A DNA stretch of 32,000 nucleotides from Patescibacteria group bacterium (lineage in GTDB: Bacteria > Patescibacteriota > Patescibacteriia > UBA2591 > UBA6264). This document shows, piece after piece, positions 8,136-15,904 of this stretch (positions are counted from its first letter, which is position 1; every line of letters starts with the position of its first letter). The DNA lies in NCBI GenBank assembly GCA_028713575.1, contig JAQTOB010000004.1, forward strand, positions 1-32,000, written 5' to 3'. The notes under the pieces were generated by a model. The model made no database searches. It saw nothing but the letters and a program-made list of their open reading frames with translations, and was not told the DNA's origin. The translations under genes and the position numbers were made by a program.

Positions 8136-8172
8136 ATGGAGACCTTCATTTAATGATGGTCTCCATTTTTTT
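8136..8172. terminator. Bidirectional intrinsic terminator between convergent genes
   Basis: Imperfect 15-nt inverted repeat ATGGAGACCTTCATT / AATGATGGTCTCCAT, followed by T7 (8166..8172) and preceded by an A-run. It lies between stop 8115 (+) and stop 8185 (-). Confidence 0.7.
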
Positions 8173-8184
8173 GCATTTTGTTTT

Positions 8185-9615
8185 TTATTTTTCTAAAATC
8201 AGTTTTTTACGAACCGTTGCCTGGTCCGTAGACAACTGGTAGATGTATGCGCCGCTGGCGACAAAGTTTCCTTTGTCGTTTTTTCCGTTCCAGATTAACG
8301 CATAACCTCCCGGCTCTTGAAAGCCGCAAAAAAACGTCTTAACAATTTTACCAGTGATATCGAAGATAATGATTTGCACAAATGTTCTTTTAGGAATCCA
8401 ATACTCAATTGTTGTTGCCGAATTAAAGGGATTTGGAAAATTCTGTTTTAAGTCAACGTTTTTTGCCAGGGTAGGAGGGGGGAGAGGATTTTTGATGTTT
8501 GCGTTTTCAGGCACGGCGATCTTAATAGCCCAGGGAATGCCCCTTCCGCCGCTGATTAACAAAAATTTGTCTTGCGTTAAAATAGCGTTACCTGTTTCCA
8601 ATTTTTCCCATTTTTTTTGGTATATTAAATTACCAGAGGCGTCCATTTTGACAACATGTAATTCTTCCCAGCTTGAGTAGGGCTTTGAAAGCCTACCTTT
8701 TATCACTCCGATATACTCATTATTTTTTTCCCAACAACCGAGCATCCCGGCAGGAGACGTTTCACTATTTAGAACATCATTATTCTGCCAAACAACACTT
8801 CCCTGTTTATCAATTTTTATCAGTCCGGCGCAATAAGGTCCGGAGTTATAATTATGTCTTGACATACCGGAGATCAGATAGCCATCTTTTGTAACAGTTA
8901 AATGCGATTCTGCTCCCATTATTTCGTGTTCTGGGTATGTTTTTTGCCAAACAAGATTTCCTTCCCCGTCAAGTTTTATCAAGCCGCCTCTATACCCGGC
9001 AAACTGACCATGAATTCCGCCAAAAAGAACATAATCATCATCATCCTTACCTATTGTTATTCCGCAAACGTCTCCTTCCTTTGGGAGATAAGCTTTTTCC
9101 CATAGAATTTCCAGATTCTGGTCGAATTTTACCAAACAAAAATACCCACCGTCTTCACTTTTTAGAAATCCTAAGGCCGTATAGGTACTGTCTCCGTTTT
9201 CAACTGCGTCAGTCAGGCCTCCCCACGTATAGTTATCTGGCAACCAGGTATTCCTTTTTAATTCATTTCCCAAATTGTCGGTAATTAATAACAAATGGCC
9301 ATTATCAGTACCTCCGATTATTAATAATTTTTCGTCCGCCAGTGTGAAGATTTTATTGGGGTGTGTATAGCCAGTGATGCGGTGCTCTTGATGCCAGATA
9401 ATTTCACCATTTTCTTTTTTTATTTTTAATAAACTCATTTGACCTTGGCACCCTAGGTTGGCGTAGACATAGCCATTTTCCATTTCACCGATTGTCTGAA
9501 TACTAAAATCTGATTCAATAAGTTCCGGATATTCTTTGTCCCATTCTTGGGCGCTTACATTTTGAAAAAATATAAGCGATCCCAACAAAACACTGATAAA
9601 ATATTTTGTTTTCAT
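8185..9615 (-). CDS. Secreted repeat (beta-propeller-like) protein with a T9SS-type / FlgD-Ig-like C-terminal domain
   Basis: Signal peptide MKTKYFISVLLGSLIFFQNVSA|QE. Recurring ...LIKLD..G..VW.K.Y units. C-terminal 86 aa QNFPNPFNSATTIEYWIP...IIIFDITGKIV...GGYALIWNGKNDKGNFVASGAYIYQL...KKLILEK. Strong Shine-Dalgarno sequence. Confidence 0.85.
   Translation of the reverse strand: MKTKYFISVLLGSLIFFQNVSAQEWDKEYPELIESDFSIQTIGEMENGYVYANLGCQGQMSLLKIKKENGEIIWHQEHRITGYTHPNKIFTLADEKLLIIGGTDNGHLLLITDNLGNELKRNTWLPDNYTWGGLTDAVENGDSTYTALGFLKSEDGGYFCLVKFDQNLEILWEKAYLPKEGDVCGITIGKDDDDYVLFGGIHGQFAGYRGGLIKLDGEGNLVWQKTYPEHEIMGAESHLTVTKDGYLISGMSRHNYNSGPYCAGLIKIDKQGSVVWQNNDVLNSETSPAGMLGCWEKNNEYIGVIKGRLSKPYSSWEELHVVKMDASGNLIYQKKWEKLETGNAILTQDKFLLISGGRGIPWAIKIAVPENANIKNPLPPPTLAKNVDLKQNFPNPFNSATTIEYWIPKRTFVQIIIFDITGKIVKTFFCGFQEPGGYALIWNGKNDKGNFVASGAYIYQLSTDQATVRKKLILEK
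8188..8445 (-). other. C-terminal sorting-type domain (T9SS type-A CTD / FlgD Ig-like fold pattern)
   Basis: Pattern N(F/Y)PNPFN-x-x-T-x-I-x-Y ... I(F/Y)D-x-x-G-x-x-V ... G-x-x-x-x-x-W-x-G ... SG-x-Y-x-Y ... KK-x-x-L-x-K at the extreme C-terminus. Confidence 0.65.
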
Positions 9616-9620
9616 GATTT

Positions 9621-9625
9621 CCTCC
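9621..9625 (-). promoter_or_regulatory. Shine-Dalgarno GGAGG (context AAGGAGGAAATC-ATG)
   Basis: The reverse complement of 9616..9628 reads AAGGAGGAAATC immediately before the ATG at 9615. This is the only full AGGAGG-type site seen upstream of any gene in the window. Confidence 0.7.
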
Positions 9626-9669
9626 TTTTTTGTTTTTTTGTAAAGATCGAATTTATCTTATCTGTTAAT

Positions 9670-9698
9670 ATTAAAGCACATTTTTGCCCTTTTGTCAA
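9670..9698 (-). promoter_or_regulatory. Sigma70-like promoter for the 8185..9615 gene
   Basis: On the minus strand: -35 TTGACA (9698..9693), 17-nt spacer, -10 TTTAAT (9675..9670). Confidence 0.4.
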
Positions 9699-9711
9699 TA
9701 CCCTGTAAAAA

Positions 9712-9761
9712 TCCACCCATAATAGTACACATCCTGTGCAAGTCCACCCATAGTATTACAC
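9712..9761. repeat. Two 19-nt direct repeats TCCACCCATA-N-TA-N-TACAC (17/19 identical), 31 nt apart
   Basis: Copies at 9712..9730 and 9743..9761, just upstream of the putative -35 of the minus-strand gene. Confidence 0.6.
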
Positions 9762-9840
9762 CTTAGTTTTAACAAACTCATTTACGAGATTATCTACGAG
9801 GCGAGACCTCGTAGATCGTAGATTTTGATCATTACATCCT

Positions 9841-9947
9841 GGGGTCTGACCCCATAAACATTCCTTCTAAAACCCTTATCAACAAAGGATTATATGACAA
9901 AAATTTCAATTTGGTGTGATTTTGATTAAATTTTTTTATCTACGAGG
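9841..9947 (+). repeat. 107-bp repeat element, copy A1, starting with the palindrome GGGGTCTGACCCC
   Basis: Identical base for base to 10036..10142 by manual alignment. Confidence 0.9.
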
Positions 9948-10035
9948 CGAGACCTCGTAGGAGGCGTATCTACGAGGCGAGACCTCGTAGATTGTAAATT
10001 TTTTATGGGGCTTGGGGTCTGACCCCCTGGGGTCT

Positions 10036-10142
10036 GGGGTCTGACCCCATAAACATTCCTTCTAAAACCCTTATCAACAAAGGATTATATGACAAAAATT
10101 TCAATTTGGTGTGATTTTGATTAAATTTTTTTATCTACGAGG
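10036..10142 (+). repeat. 107-bp repeat element, copy A2
   Basis: Identical to 9841..9947, with a 195-bp period. Extra palindrome cores lie at 10014..10026. Confidence 0.9.
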
Positions 10143-10201
10143 TTATCTACGAGGCGAGACCTCGTAGATTGTACCTCGTAGATTGTAAATTTTTTAAAGA
10201 A

Positions 10202-10210
10202 TGTTAAAAT
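10202..10210 (+). promoter_or_regulatory. Extended -10-like element TGTTAAAAT, 7 nt upstream of ATG 10218
   Basis: Lies inside the 22-mer shared with 2193..2214. There is no Shine-Dalgarno sequence and the spacing implies a leaderless mRNA. Confidence 0.4.
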
Positions 10211-10217
10211 AAAAAAC

Positions 10218-11720
10218 ATGAACGCGATAAAAGCAAAAAAAGAAAAAATATTTTTTATTATTATTTTGGTTTTAGTTTCTGTTTTTTTTGTATTATTGCC
10301 CCGTTTCAGTTACGGCCGGCTGTCAGAAAGCCCTTATAGTTCTTTCTACACCTATCCCCTGCACACCGACGAATGGCAGCATTATACTATTAGCATGTCT
10401 TTGGAAGAGAATTTTTTTCACCCCCACGTTTTTTATTATGAGAATTATGAGCCCTTTATTGACGGCAGTCCCTTTTTTCATGAAATTATTTTTTTTGCCC
10501 AAAAGTTGGGTCTTTCTCCAGACAAGTTCTTTGTTTTGCCCATTTTACAAGGAATTTTTTTTGTTTTGATTTTTTTCTTTTTTTTAAGTTTATTTTTTAA
10601 CCCTTCAGTTAGTTTTATTGGCAGTTTGTTGGTTTTTTCCCTCCAAAGCGATGTTAGGATTTTAGGGTTGGTATTTTTTAAGCCCTTTGTTTTGGGTTTT
10701 TGTTTTCTTCTCTTGGCCCTTATTATTTTCCAACGGAAAAAAAGAGTTTCTTTTGCTTTTGTGATTTTCAGCTTGATGTCATTTTTTTGTTATCCGCCCT
10801 TAGTTTTGTTATTAATAATTTATGTTTTTGTTTATGGTTTGGTCAACAAAAAAATTGACAAAAAATATTTATTTTACATTGGTTTTTTGATTGTCCTGGC
10901 ATTACTCTTCGGCTTAATTATTTTTAAAAATAACGCTTCTTTTTTAATGGATAAAATAATTTATAAAGGTTATCTTAGCGGTCAAGACAGGACCGCTGTC
11001 CCTGAATATTTAAATATCTTTTTAGTTGTTTTAGGGTTGCTAGGATTTTTAAAGACGATAAAAAAGAAAGAATTTTGGCCTTGCCATAGTTTGTTTATTT
11101 TTTTGTTGCTGGATTTTATTTTAGCCACGATTTTTAGATTTAGTTTGGGTTTTCACTATATGAGGATTATTTATTTTATCGGCATTTTTCTCGGCGTTTA
11201 TGTTGCTTATATTTTAGTCTATATTTTCAAAAATTTCAGTTTTTTTTCAAAAAGAAAAACATTGGCCACAGTTTGCCTTTTTTTGATTGTTCTGGCGATT
11301 TTGGTTCCTAATTTTAAATTTTATGCCCGGTCCCTTTCCTCCTTTAATCCGGCTGTTCATGCTCGGTGGTTGGGTCAAAATAATTTGCAGGTTCTGGAAT
11401 ATTTGAAAGAAAGAAACAATAAAGAGGCAAAACTTTTGCATCTGCCTTATTTGGGCGCGGTGATTACTCCCTTGACCGGGTTTAAGGCTACGGCCGTATT
11501 TTCCGCTTTTACCGGAGGGAAAAAAAATAAATATGACGAGATATTCAACTCTCCCAAGGACTGCCAAAAAATAAAAGAAATTATTGACGAAGAGAATTAT
11601 AATTTATTATGGATGAAACGAAAAATTGATTGCCCTTTTTTAGAGTTAATTTTTAACAATAATTTCAATTTTATTTATCAATATAATCCAACAATTTATA
11701 ATTTGGGGCCTGGGGTCTGA
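10218..11720 (+). CDS. Polytopic membrane protein, possibly a GT-C-type glycosyltransferase or polymerase (weak call)
   Basis: 500 aa with more than 10 hydrophobic Phe/Leu-rich segments, an early acidic loop (HTDEWQHY) and a soluble C-terminal ~130 aa. It neighbours a glycan cluster. There is no diagnostic motif, so the function is tentative. Confidence 0.55.
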   Translation: MNAIKAKKEKIFFIIILVLVSVFFVLLPRFSYGRLSESPYSSFYTYPLHTDEWQHYTISMSLEENFFHPHVFYYENYEPFIDGSPFFHEIIFFAQKLGLSPDKFFVLPILQGIFFVLIFFFFLSLFFNPSVSFIGSLLVFSLQSDVRILGLVFFKPFVLGFCFLLLALIIFQRKKRVSFAFVIFSLMSFFCYPPLVLLLIIYVFVYGLVNKKIDKKYLFYIGFLIVLALLFGLIIFKNNASFLMDKIIYKGYLSGQDRTAVPEYLNIFLVVLGLLGFLKTIKKKEFWPCHSLFIFLLLDFILATIFRFSLGFHYMRIIYFIGIFLGVYVAYILVYIFKNFSFFSKRKTLATVCLFLIVLAILVPNFKFYARSLSSFNPAVHARWLGQNNLQVLEYLKERNNKEAKLLHLPYLGAVITPLTGFKATAVFSAFTGGKKNKYDEIFNSPKDCQKIKEIIDEENYNLLWMKRKIDCPFLELIFNNNFNFIYQYNPTIYNLGPGV

Positions 11721-11791
11721 CCCCCTAAACATCCCTTCTAAAATTGGGTTGGGGCCTGGGGTCTGACCCCCTAAACATCCCTTCTAAAATT
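11705..11791 (+). repeat. Tandem 41-bp direct repeat GGGGCCTGGGGTCTGACCCCCTAAACATCCCTTCTAAAATT (x2, 46-bp period)
   Basis: 11705..11745 equals 11751..11791. The first copy contains the last six codons and the TGA stop of the upstream gene. Confidence 0.9.
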
Positions 11792-11850
11792 CGCATCAAT
11801 AAAGGGTTATAGAGCAAAAATTTCAATTTGGTGCGATTTTGATTGATTTT
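11758..11850 (+). repeat. Diverged copy (B) of the GGGGTCTGACCCC element
   Basis: Aligns along its length with copies A1/A2 at roughly 85% identity by eye. The 3' block AAAAATTTCAATTTGGTG(T/C)GATTTTGATT is conserved. Confidence 0.8.
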
Positions 11851-12036
11851 AATATCGCAGCAATATTGCAGGCGAAACTTGTAATATTGACACTTAATAT
11901 GAGTCCAAGATATTGCCCTTTACGATTTTTCCGAATGGTTTTATAATATAAACATAAATAATTAATAAAATTTATAGACCCTGTTAGAAATTTTAAGTAA
12001 ATAGAATTTTTAATCGGGACCAAGAGAACAAAATTT

Positions 12037-12696
12037 ATGGAAAATTCTAAAGAAATAAAAAAAGCTTGGTTAATCGTCGTTGCCCTGATTTTAATCGTTT
12101 TGGTTATTGTTTTTTTTGGTAAAACAAAAACAGCCCCAACTGAAGAAATTCTTTCTAATGAGGGCGAGGTTTTAGAACCAGTCGTGGCGGTTACTGAAAT
12201 AACAGAAACAGAAACAGGTCCTTCTGAAGGAGAACAGGCAATGGAAGGACAAAAAGCCCTTGAGTCGGCAAAAACTTTGGCTTTAAATATGAATCAAGTG
12301 TCAGCCGAGGGCGTGGTTTTAACCACCAATGGTTTGCCGGCGGACAATTCTGCCTTGCCTGGCTCATTTGCCGCGCCTTACCAATCGGAAGTTTTAGAGG
12401 AAAATGAAATTCCTCGTGGAGCCATAAGATTAAAAATTTCAGTTGATGGTTTTGAGCCAAAAGAAATTAGCGCCGTCGCGGGAAAAGCCGTGATTATCGC
12501 CTTGACTTCAATGGATGAAAATGTTCATATTCTGCGGTTTGAAGACGAATCCTTACGAGGAATAAGAATCATTGTTTCTCCGGAAGAAACCCGAGCCATT
12601 GTTTTTAATGCGCCGGAAAAAGGGGACTATGCTTTTTATTGTGAAGCGGAAGGCCATCAGGAGCGCGGCGAAAGCGGCACGATGCGTGTAAAGTAA
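12037..12696 (+). CDS. Membrane-anchored cupredoxin-like domain protein (paralogue 1)
   Basis: N-terminal TM helix, acidic linker and a C-terminal domain ending FYCEAEGHQERGESGTMRVK. Cys-x4-His-x8-Met plus the upstream His in VHILRF gives a type-1 copper ligand pattern. It is clearly paralogous to 18591..19169. Confidence 0.75.
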   Translation: MENSKEIKKAWLIVVALILIVLVIVFFGKTKTAPTEEILSNEGEVLEPVVAVTEITETETGPSEGEQAMEGQKALESAKTLALNMNQVSAEGVVLTTNGLPADNSALPGSFAAPYQSEVLEENEIPRGAIRLKISVDGFEPKEISAVAGKAVIIALTSMDENVHILRFEDESLRGIRIIVSPEETRAIVFNAPEKGDYAFYCEAEGHQERGESGTMRVK

Positions 12697-12849
12697 ATAA
12701 AAAAGCGAAATTTTAGGCTTAGTTTTGCTTTTTTAATTTTTGTTTTAGACATTCCACAAAAGTTTTTAATTAACGAAAAGTTTTACGGAGGAAGTCTTAG
12801 GAAATTTTACGACCGGAGATATGTTTGGGATTTATAAAATCAAATAAAA

Positions 12850-13959
12850 ATGGAAACAGAAAATAAAAAAATAGCAGTTATTTATACTTCTATGGACAAC
12901 ATCGGCGGCGCTGAAATCGTCGGCTTAACTTTGGCTCGGGAATTAAAGGCAGATATTTATACCACTAACATTGACGAAGATAAAATTAAAAAAATGGGTT
13001 TTACTAATATTAATTTAAAATCCATTGGTCAAGTGCCTATTAACGCCCCTTTTCGTCATCAAATGATTTTGCAAAAATTTCGTAAACTTAATTTGGGAAA
13101 TCAATACGATTTTTACATTATTGACGGGGATTGGGCTATATCCGCTGTTGTCAATAATAAGCCGAATTTATGGTATGTCCATTCACCAATAAGAGAGATA
13201 TGGGATCTTTATAAATATACGAGAAAAAATATTGTTCCCTTTTATTTTCGACCAATCTTTGATTTTTGGGTAAAATATAATCGGCAGTTAAACAGAAAAT
13301 ATGCTGAAGACGTGGGAATTTTTGTTTGCAATTCAGAAACTACGCAAAAAAGACTAAAAAGATACCTGAATAAGAATGCGACGGTGATTAATCCTCCGAT
13401 TGAAACCGCCGATTTTTATTATCGTCAAAACGGCGATTACTGGCTTTCTGTCAATCGTTTGATTACCCATAAAAGAGTGGACTTACAGGTTAAGGCCTTT
13501 GCCAAATTACCTGAGAAAAAATTAATTATCGTCGGCAGTTATGAAAAGTCTAAACATTTTCAGGCTTACGCAAATTATATTAAGAAATTGAAAACAAAAA
13601 ATATCACCATTTTAAGCTGGGTGGATAGGCCGCAACTGATTGACCTCTACGCTAATTGTAAAGGATTTATTACCACTTCTAAAGATGAAGATTTTGGTAT
13701 GACGGCGGTTGAGGCAATGGCCGCGGGAAAGCCGGTTATTGCTTCGGCCGAAGGCGGTTATAGGGAAACAGTGATTGATAATATTACCGGAAAATTGATT
13801 GATAATATTAACGTTGATAAATTAATTGAGGCAATAAAAGAAATAGAAGAGGGTCCGGAAAAATATAAAGACGCCTGTCTAAAACAAGCAAAAAAATTTG
13901 ACACCAAGATTTTTATTGGAAAAATAAAAGAGCAGATGAAAAAATACTCAAAAGAATAA
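12850..13959 (+). CDS. Glycosyltransferase family 4 (GT-B fold)
   Basis: Motif EDFGMTAVEAMAAGKPVIASAEGGYRETV (E-x7-E type). Length 369 aa. Confidence 0.85.
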   Translation: METENKKIAVIYTSMDNIGGAEIVGLTLARELKADIYTTNIDEDKIKKMGFTNINLKSIGQVPINAPFRHQMILQKFRKLNLGNQYDFYIIDGDWAISAVVNNKPNLWYVHSPIREIWDLYKYTRKNIVPFYFRPIFDFWVKYNRQLNRKYAEDVGIFVCNSETTQKRLKRYLNKNATVINPPIETADFYYRQNGDYWLSVNRLITHKRVDLQVKAFAKLPEKKLIIVGSYEKSKHFQAYANYIKKLKTKNITILSWVDRPQLIDLYANCKGFITTSKDEDFGMTAVEAMAAGKPVIASAEGGYRETVIDNITGKLIDNINVDKLIEAIKEIEEGPEKYKDACLKQAKKFDTKIFIGKIKEQMKKYSKE

Positions 13960-13980
13960 GAGCGAAAAAAAATAAACAAA

Positions 13981-14835
13981 ATGAGACTTATTGAAAAAAA
14001 ATTTCCCGGAAATATTAAATTAAAATTTAAAGTTGAGACGACAACCGATGAAAAAAGGGTTCTGGAAATGTGGGCAATCAGGGATTATTTTAAAAAAAGA
14101 TTGGTCATCCAAAATAAAGATATAGTTATTGATATTGGAGCGCATATTGGAACATTTACTGTTTATGCGGCAAAATTGGCTAAAGAAGGTATGGTCTATT
14201 CTTTTGAGCCGCATTCAGAGAACATAAGATTACTAAAAGAAAATTGTGAATTAAATAATTTAAAAAATGTTAAATTATTCAGATACGGAGTTTGCGGAAA
14301 AAGAAGAAAGGTTAAATTATTTATAGATGAAAATTATACTGGTCGCCATAGTCTTTATAAAAAATCCCAAAAGTTTATTTTTATAGAATGTATAACCCTT
14401 AAGGAAATTTTTGATGCCAATGAAATTGGACATTGCAATTTTCTTAAGTTAGATTGTGAGGGAGCGGAATATGATATTTTATTTAATACACCTCAAGATT
14501 ATTTTGATAAAATAGATAAAATCGTTTTAGAATATCATGATTATCTTCATCAAGAAAGAATATGGCCTCAATTAGCGAGATTTCTTCATCAACGGGGATT
14601 TAAAATCATAATTGACCCTTACTCGGAAAATCAGGGATTAATTTACGCCAAAAATATTTGGCGGAAAAAATCAATCGGGTATCATTTGAATTTAGCGGCA
14701 AATTTAATAACGGCTAAAAGTAAAATTTTTATTCCCTCCATATTTATAAAGACAGAAAAAGGCTTTAGTTTTTTGGGGCTTTTTTTGAAAAAATATTTTT
14801 CAGGATTGTATTCCGTGTTAAAGAAATTAAAATAG
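13981..14835 (+). CDS. FkbM-family SAM-dependent methyltransferase
   Basis: DIGAHIGTFTVYAAK (SAM-binding glycine loop), FEP..N...L..N, LKLDCEGAEYDIL. Confidence 0.8.
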   Translation: MRLIEKKFPGNIKLKFKVETTTDEKRVLEMWAIRDYFKKRLVIQNKDIVIDIGAHIGTFTVYAAKLAKEGMVYSFEPHSENIRLLKENCELNNLKNVKLFRYGVCGKRRKVKLFIDENYTGRHSLYKKSQKFIFIECITLKEIFDANEIGHCNFLKLDCEGAEYDILFNTPQDYFDKIDKIVLEYHDYLHQERIWPQLARFLHQRGFKIIIDPYSENQGLIYAKNIWRKKSIGYHLNLAANLITAKSKIFIPSIFIKTEKGFSFLGLFLKKYFSGLYSVLKKLK

Positions 14836-14836
14836 A

Positions 14837-15904
14837 ATGGGAAAAGCAAAGAACAAAAAAAATTTACTTGTAACATTGGCGGACAAAAATTATGTGGAAC
14901 CGGCCAAACAGCTTTTTTCCAGTGTTTATTGGAATGCCGGATGGCGGGGCGATTATATGTTACTTGCTCATGAAATCTCCGAAAAAAAATTAGAGTGGTT
15001 TAGGAGAAAAGGAATTTTAATTAAGAAGTGTGAACCCCTCTATCGCGGTAAGGTTGGGGGGTGGAGGCCCGCAACTCACACAAGTAAGTTTTATCTATTT
15101 GCCCCTGAGTTTAAGAAATGGGACAATGTGGTGTATTTAGACGGGGATATAATTGTAAGAGGCTCCTTGGACGAACTGACAGAAATTAATGGTTTTGGCG
15201 CGACACTTGACTTGTGGAATAGCAAATTGTCCGAACAAATTATAAATGTTAGGCTTATGAAAGAAAGGAGGGTGGATAAAAAAATTTTTATTAATCTTTC
15301 AAACGAGCTTATAAAATATTATGATTTAAAAGAAGATGCATTTAATTCAGGAGTAATGGCTTTTAGCACAGATATAATAAAAAAGGACACTTTTTCAAAA
15401 TTATATAATATCTTTAAAAAATACGAAAAAATTGGCGTTGGCGGAGACCAGTTGATATTTAATATATTCTTTTATAAGAATTGGATAAAATTGTCCCCGC
15501 TTTATAATATTTGGCCTATTTTTATGAGGAGCATTTTCAATATTGAAGATGAAAAAATTAAAGGAATAATACTGCATTTTGTGGGAATATGGCAAAACGA
15601 TAAACCATGGATTGTAAATAATTATTTTTATAAAGAATGGACAAATAATTTGCAAAGAGCCGAATTGATTAATTTCAAAAAAATCCCGCCTCCTTTAAAA
15701 AAATGGACTAAACCGGAAATTGAAAAATATTCTTTTTATTTGAAATCCAAACGCGTATATCTAAAAAAAATATATTTGAAAACCAAAGAGAACATTGAAT
15801 TTACATATAAGCTTGCGCTCAGACACATTAGTAGATTTATTGGAATTGCGGGGTTATTCCTAAAAAAGCATTTTCCAAAATTATATTTTAAATTAAAAAA
15901 ATGA
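14837..15904 (+). CDS. Glycosyltransferase family 8 (retaining, LPS glycosyltransferase-like)
   Basis: VYLDGDIIV (DxD), FNSGVM, GDQ, HFVG....KPW motifs. Confidence 0.75.
   Translation: MGKAKNKKNLLVTLADKNYVEPAKQLFSSVYWNAGWRGDYMLLAHEISEKKLEWFRRKGILIKKCEPLYRGKVGGWRPATHTSKFYLFAPEFKKWDNVVYLDGDIIVRGSLDELTEINGFGATLDLWNSKLSEQIINVRLMKERRVDKKIFINLSNELIKYYDLKEDAFNSGVMAFSTDIIKKDTFSKLYNIFKKYEKIGVGGDQLIFNIFFYKNWIKLSPLYNIWPIFMRSIFNIEDEKIKGIILHFVGIWQNDKPWIVNNYFYKEWTNNLQRAELINFKKIPPPLKKWTKPEIEKYSFYLKSKRVYLKKIYLKTKENIEFTYKLALRHISRFIGIAGLFLKKHFPKLYFKLKK

Larger units (their letters stand above)
9792..10169 (+). repeat. Hairpin repeat family ATCTACGAGG-CGAGA-CCTCGTAG(AT), four full copies plus fragments
   Basis: Full copies at 9792..9816, 9938..9960, 9968..9992 and 10145..10169. 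Each has an 8-bp perfect stem with a 5-nt loop. Partial arms lie at 10134..10142 and 10173..10183. Confidence 0.85.

Noticed and set aside
8354-9284. Plus-strand ORFs 8354..8680, 8673..8894, 8902..9105 and 8937..9284.
   Set aside because: They are antisense to the 476-aa minus-strand gene, which has a signal peptide, a Shine-Dalgarno sequence, internal repeats and a recognisable C-terminal domain. The plus-strand products have no features.
9894-9929. An 11-codon mini-ORF (MTKISIWCDFD) inside the 107-bp repeat. Its 3' part is conserved in the diverged copy with two silent changes (TGT to TGC, TAA to TGA).
   Set aside because: The ATG is lost in the third copy (AGA), upstream differences are mostly non-synonymous, and the ORF is too short to judge. 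It is treated as non-coding unless ribosome profiling says otherwise.
9792-10169. Possible CRISPR array, because a 25-nt palindromic repeat recurs.
   Set aside because: Spacing between copies is irregular (146, 30 and 177 nt). The intervening sequences are themselves repeated (the 107-bp element). No cas genes are nearby. It is better described as a hairpin/REP-like repeat mosaic.
10288-11567. ORFs 10288..10569 (+) and 11247..11567 (-) overlapping the membrane-protein gene.
   Set aside because: They are alternative-frame or antisense shadows within a 500-aa ORF that has consistent transmembrane periodicity.
11823-12023. 66-aa minus-strand ORF in the spacer before the first cupredoxin-like gene.
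   Set aside because: No ribosome-binding site or promoter context. The composition is AT-rich and Ile/Asn/Lys/Tyr-heavy, typical of random ORFs. It overlaps the tail of the repeat element and the likely promoter region of the plus-strand gene.
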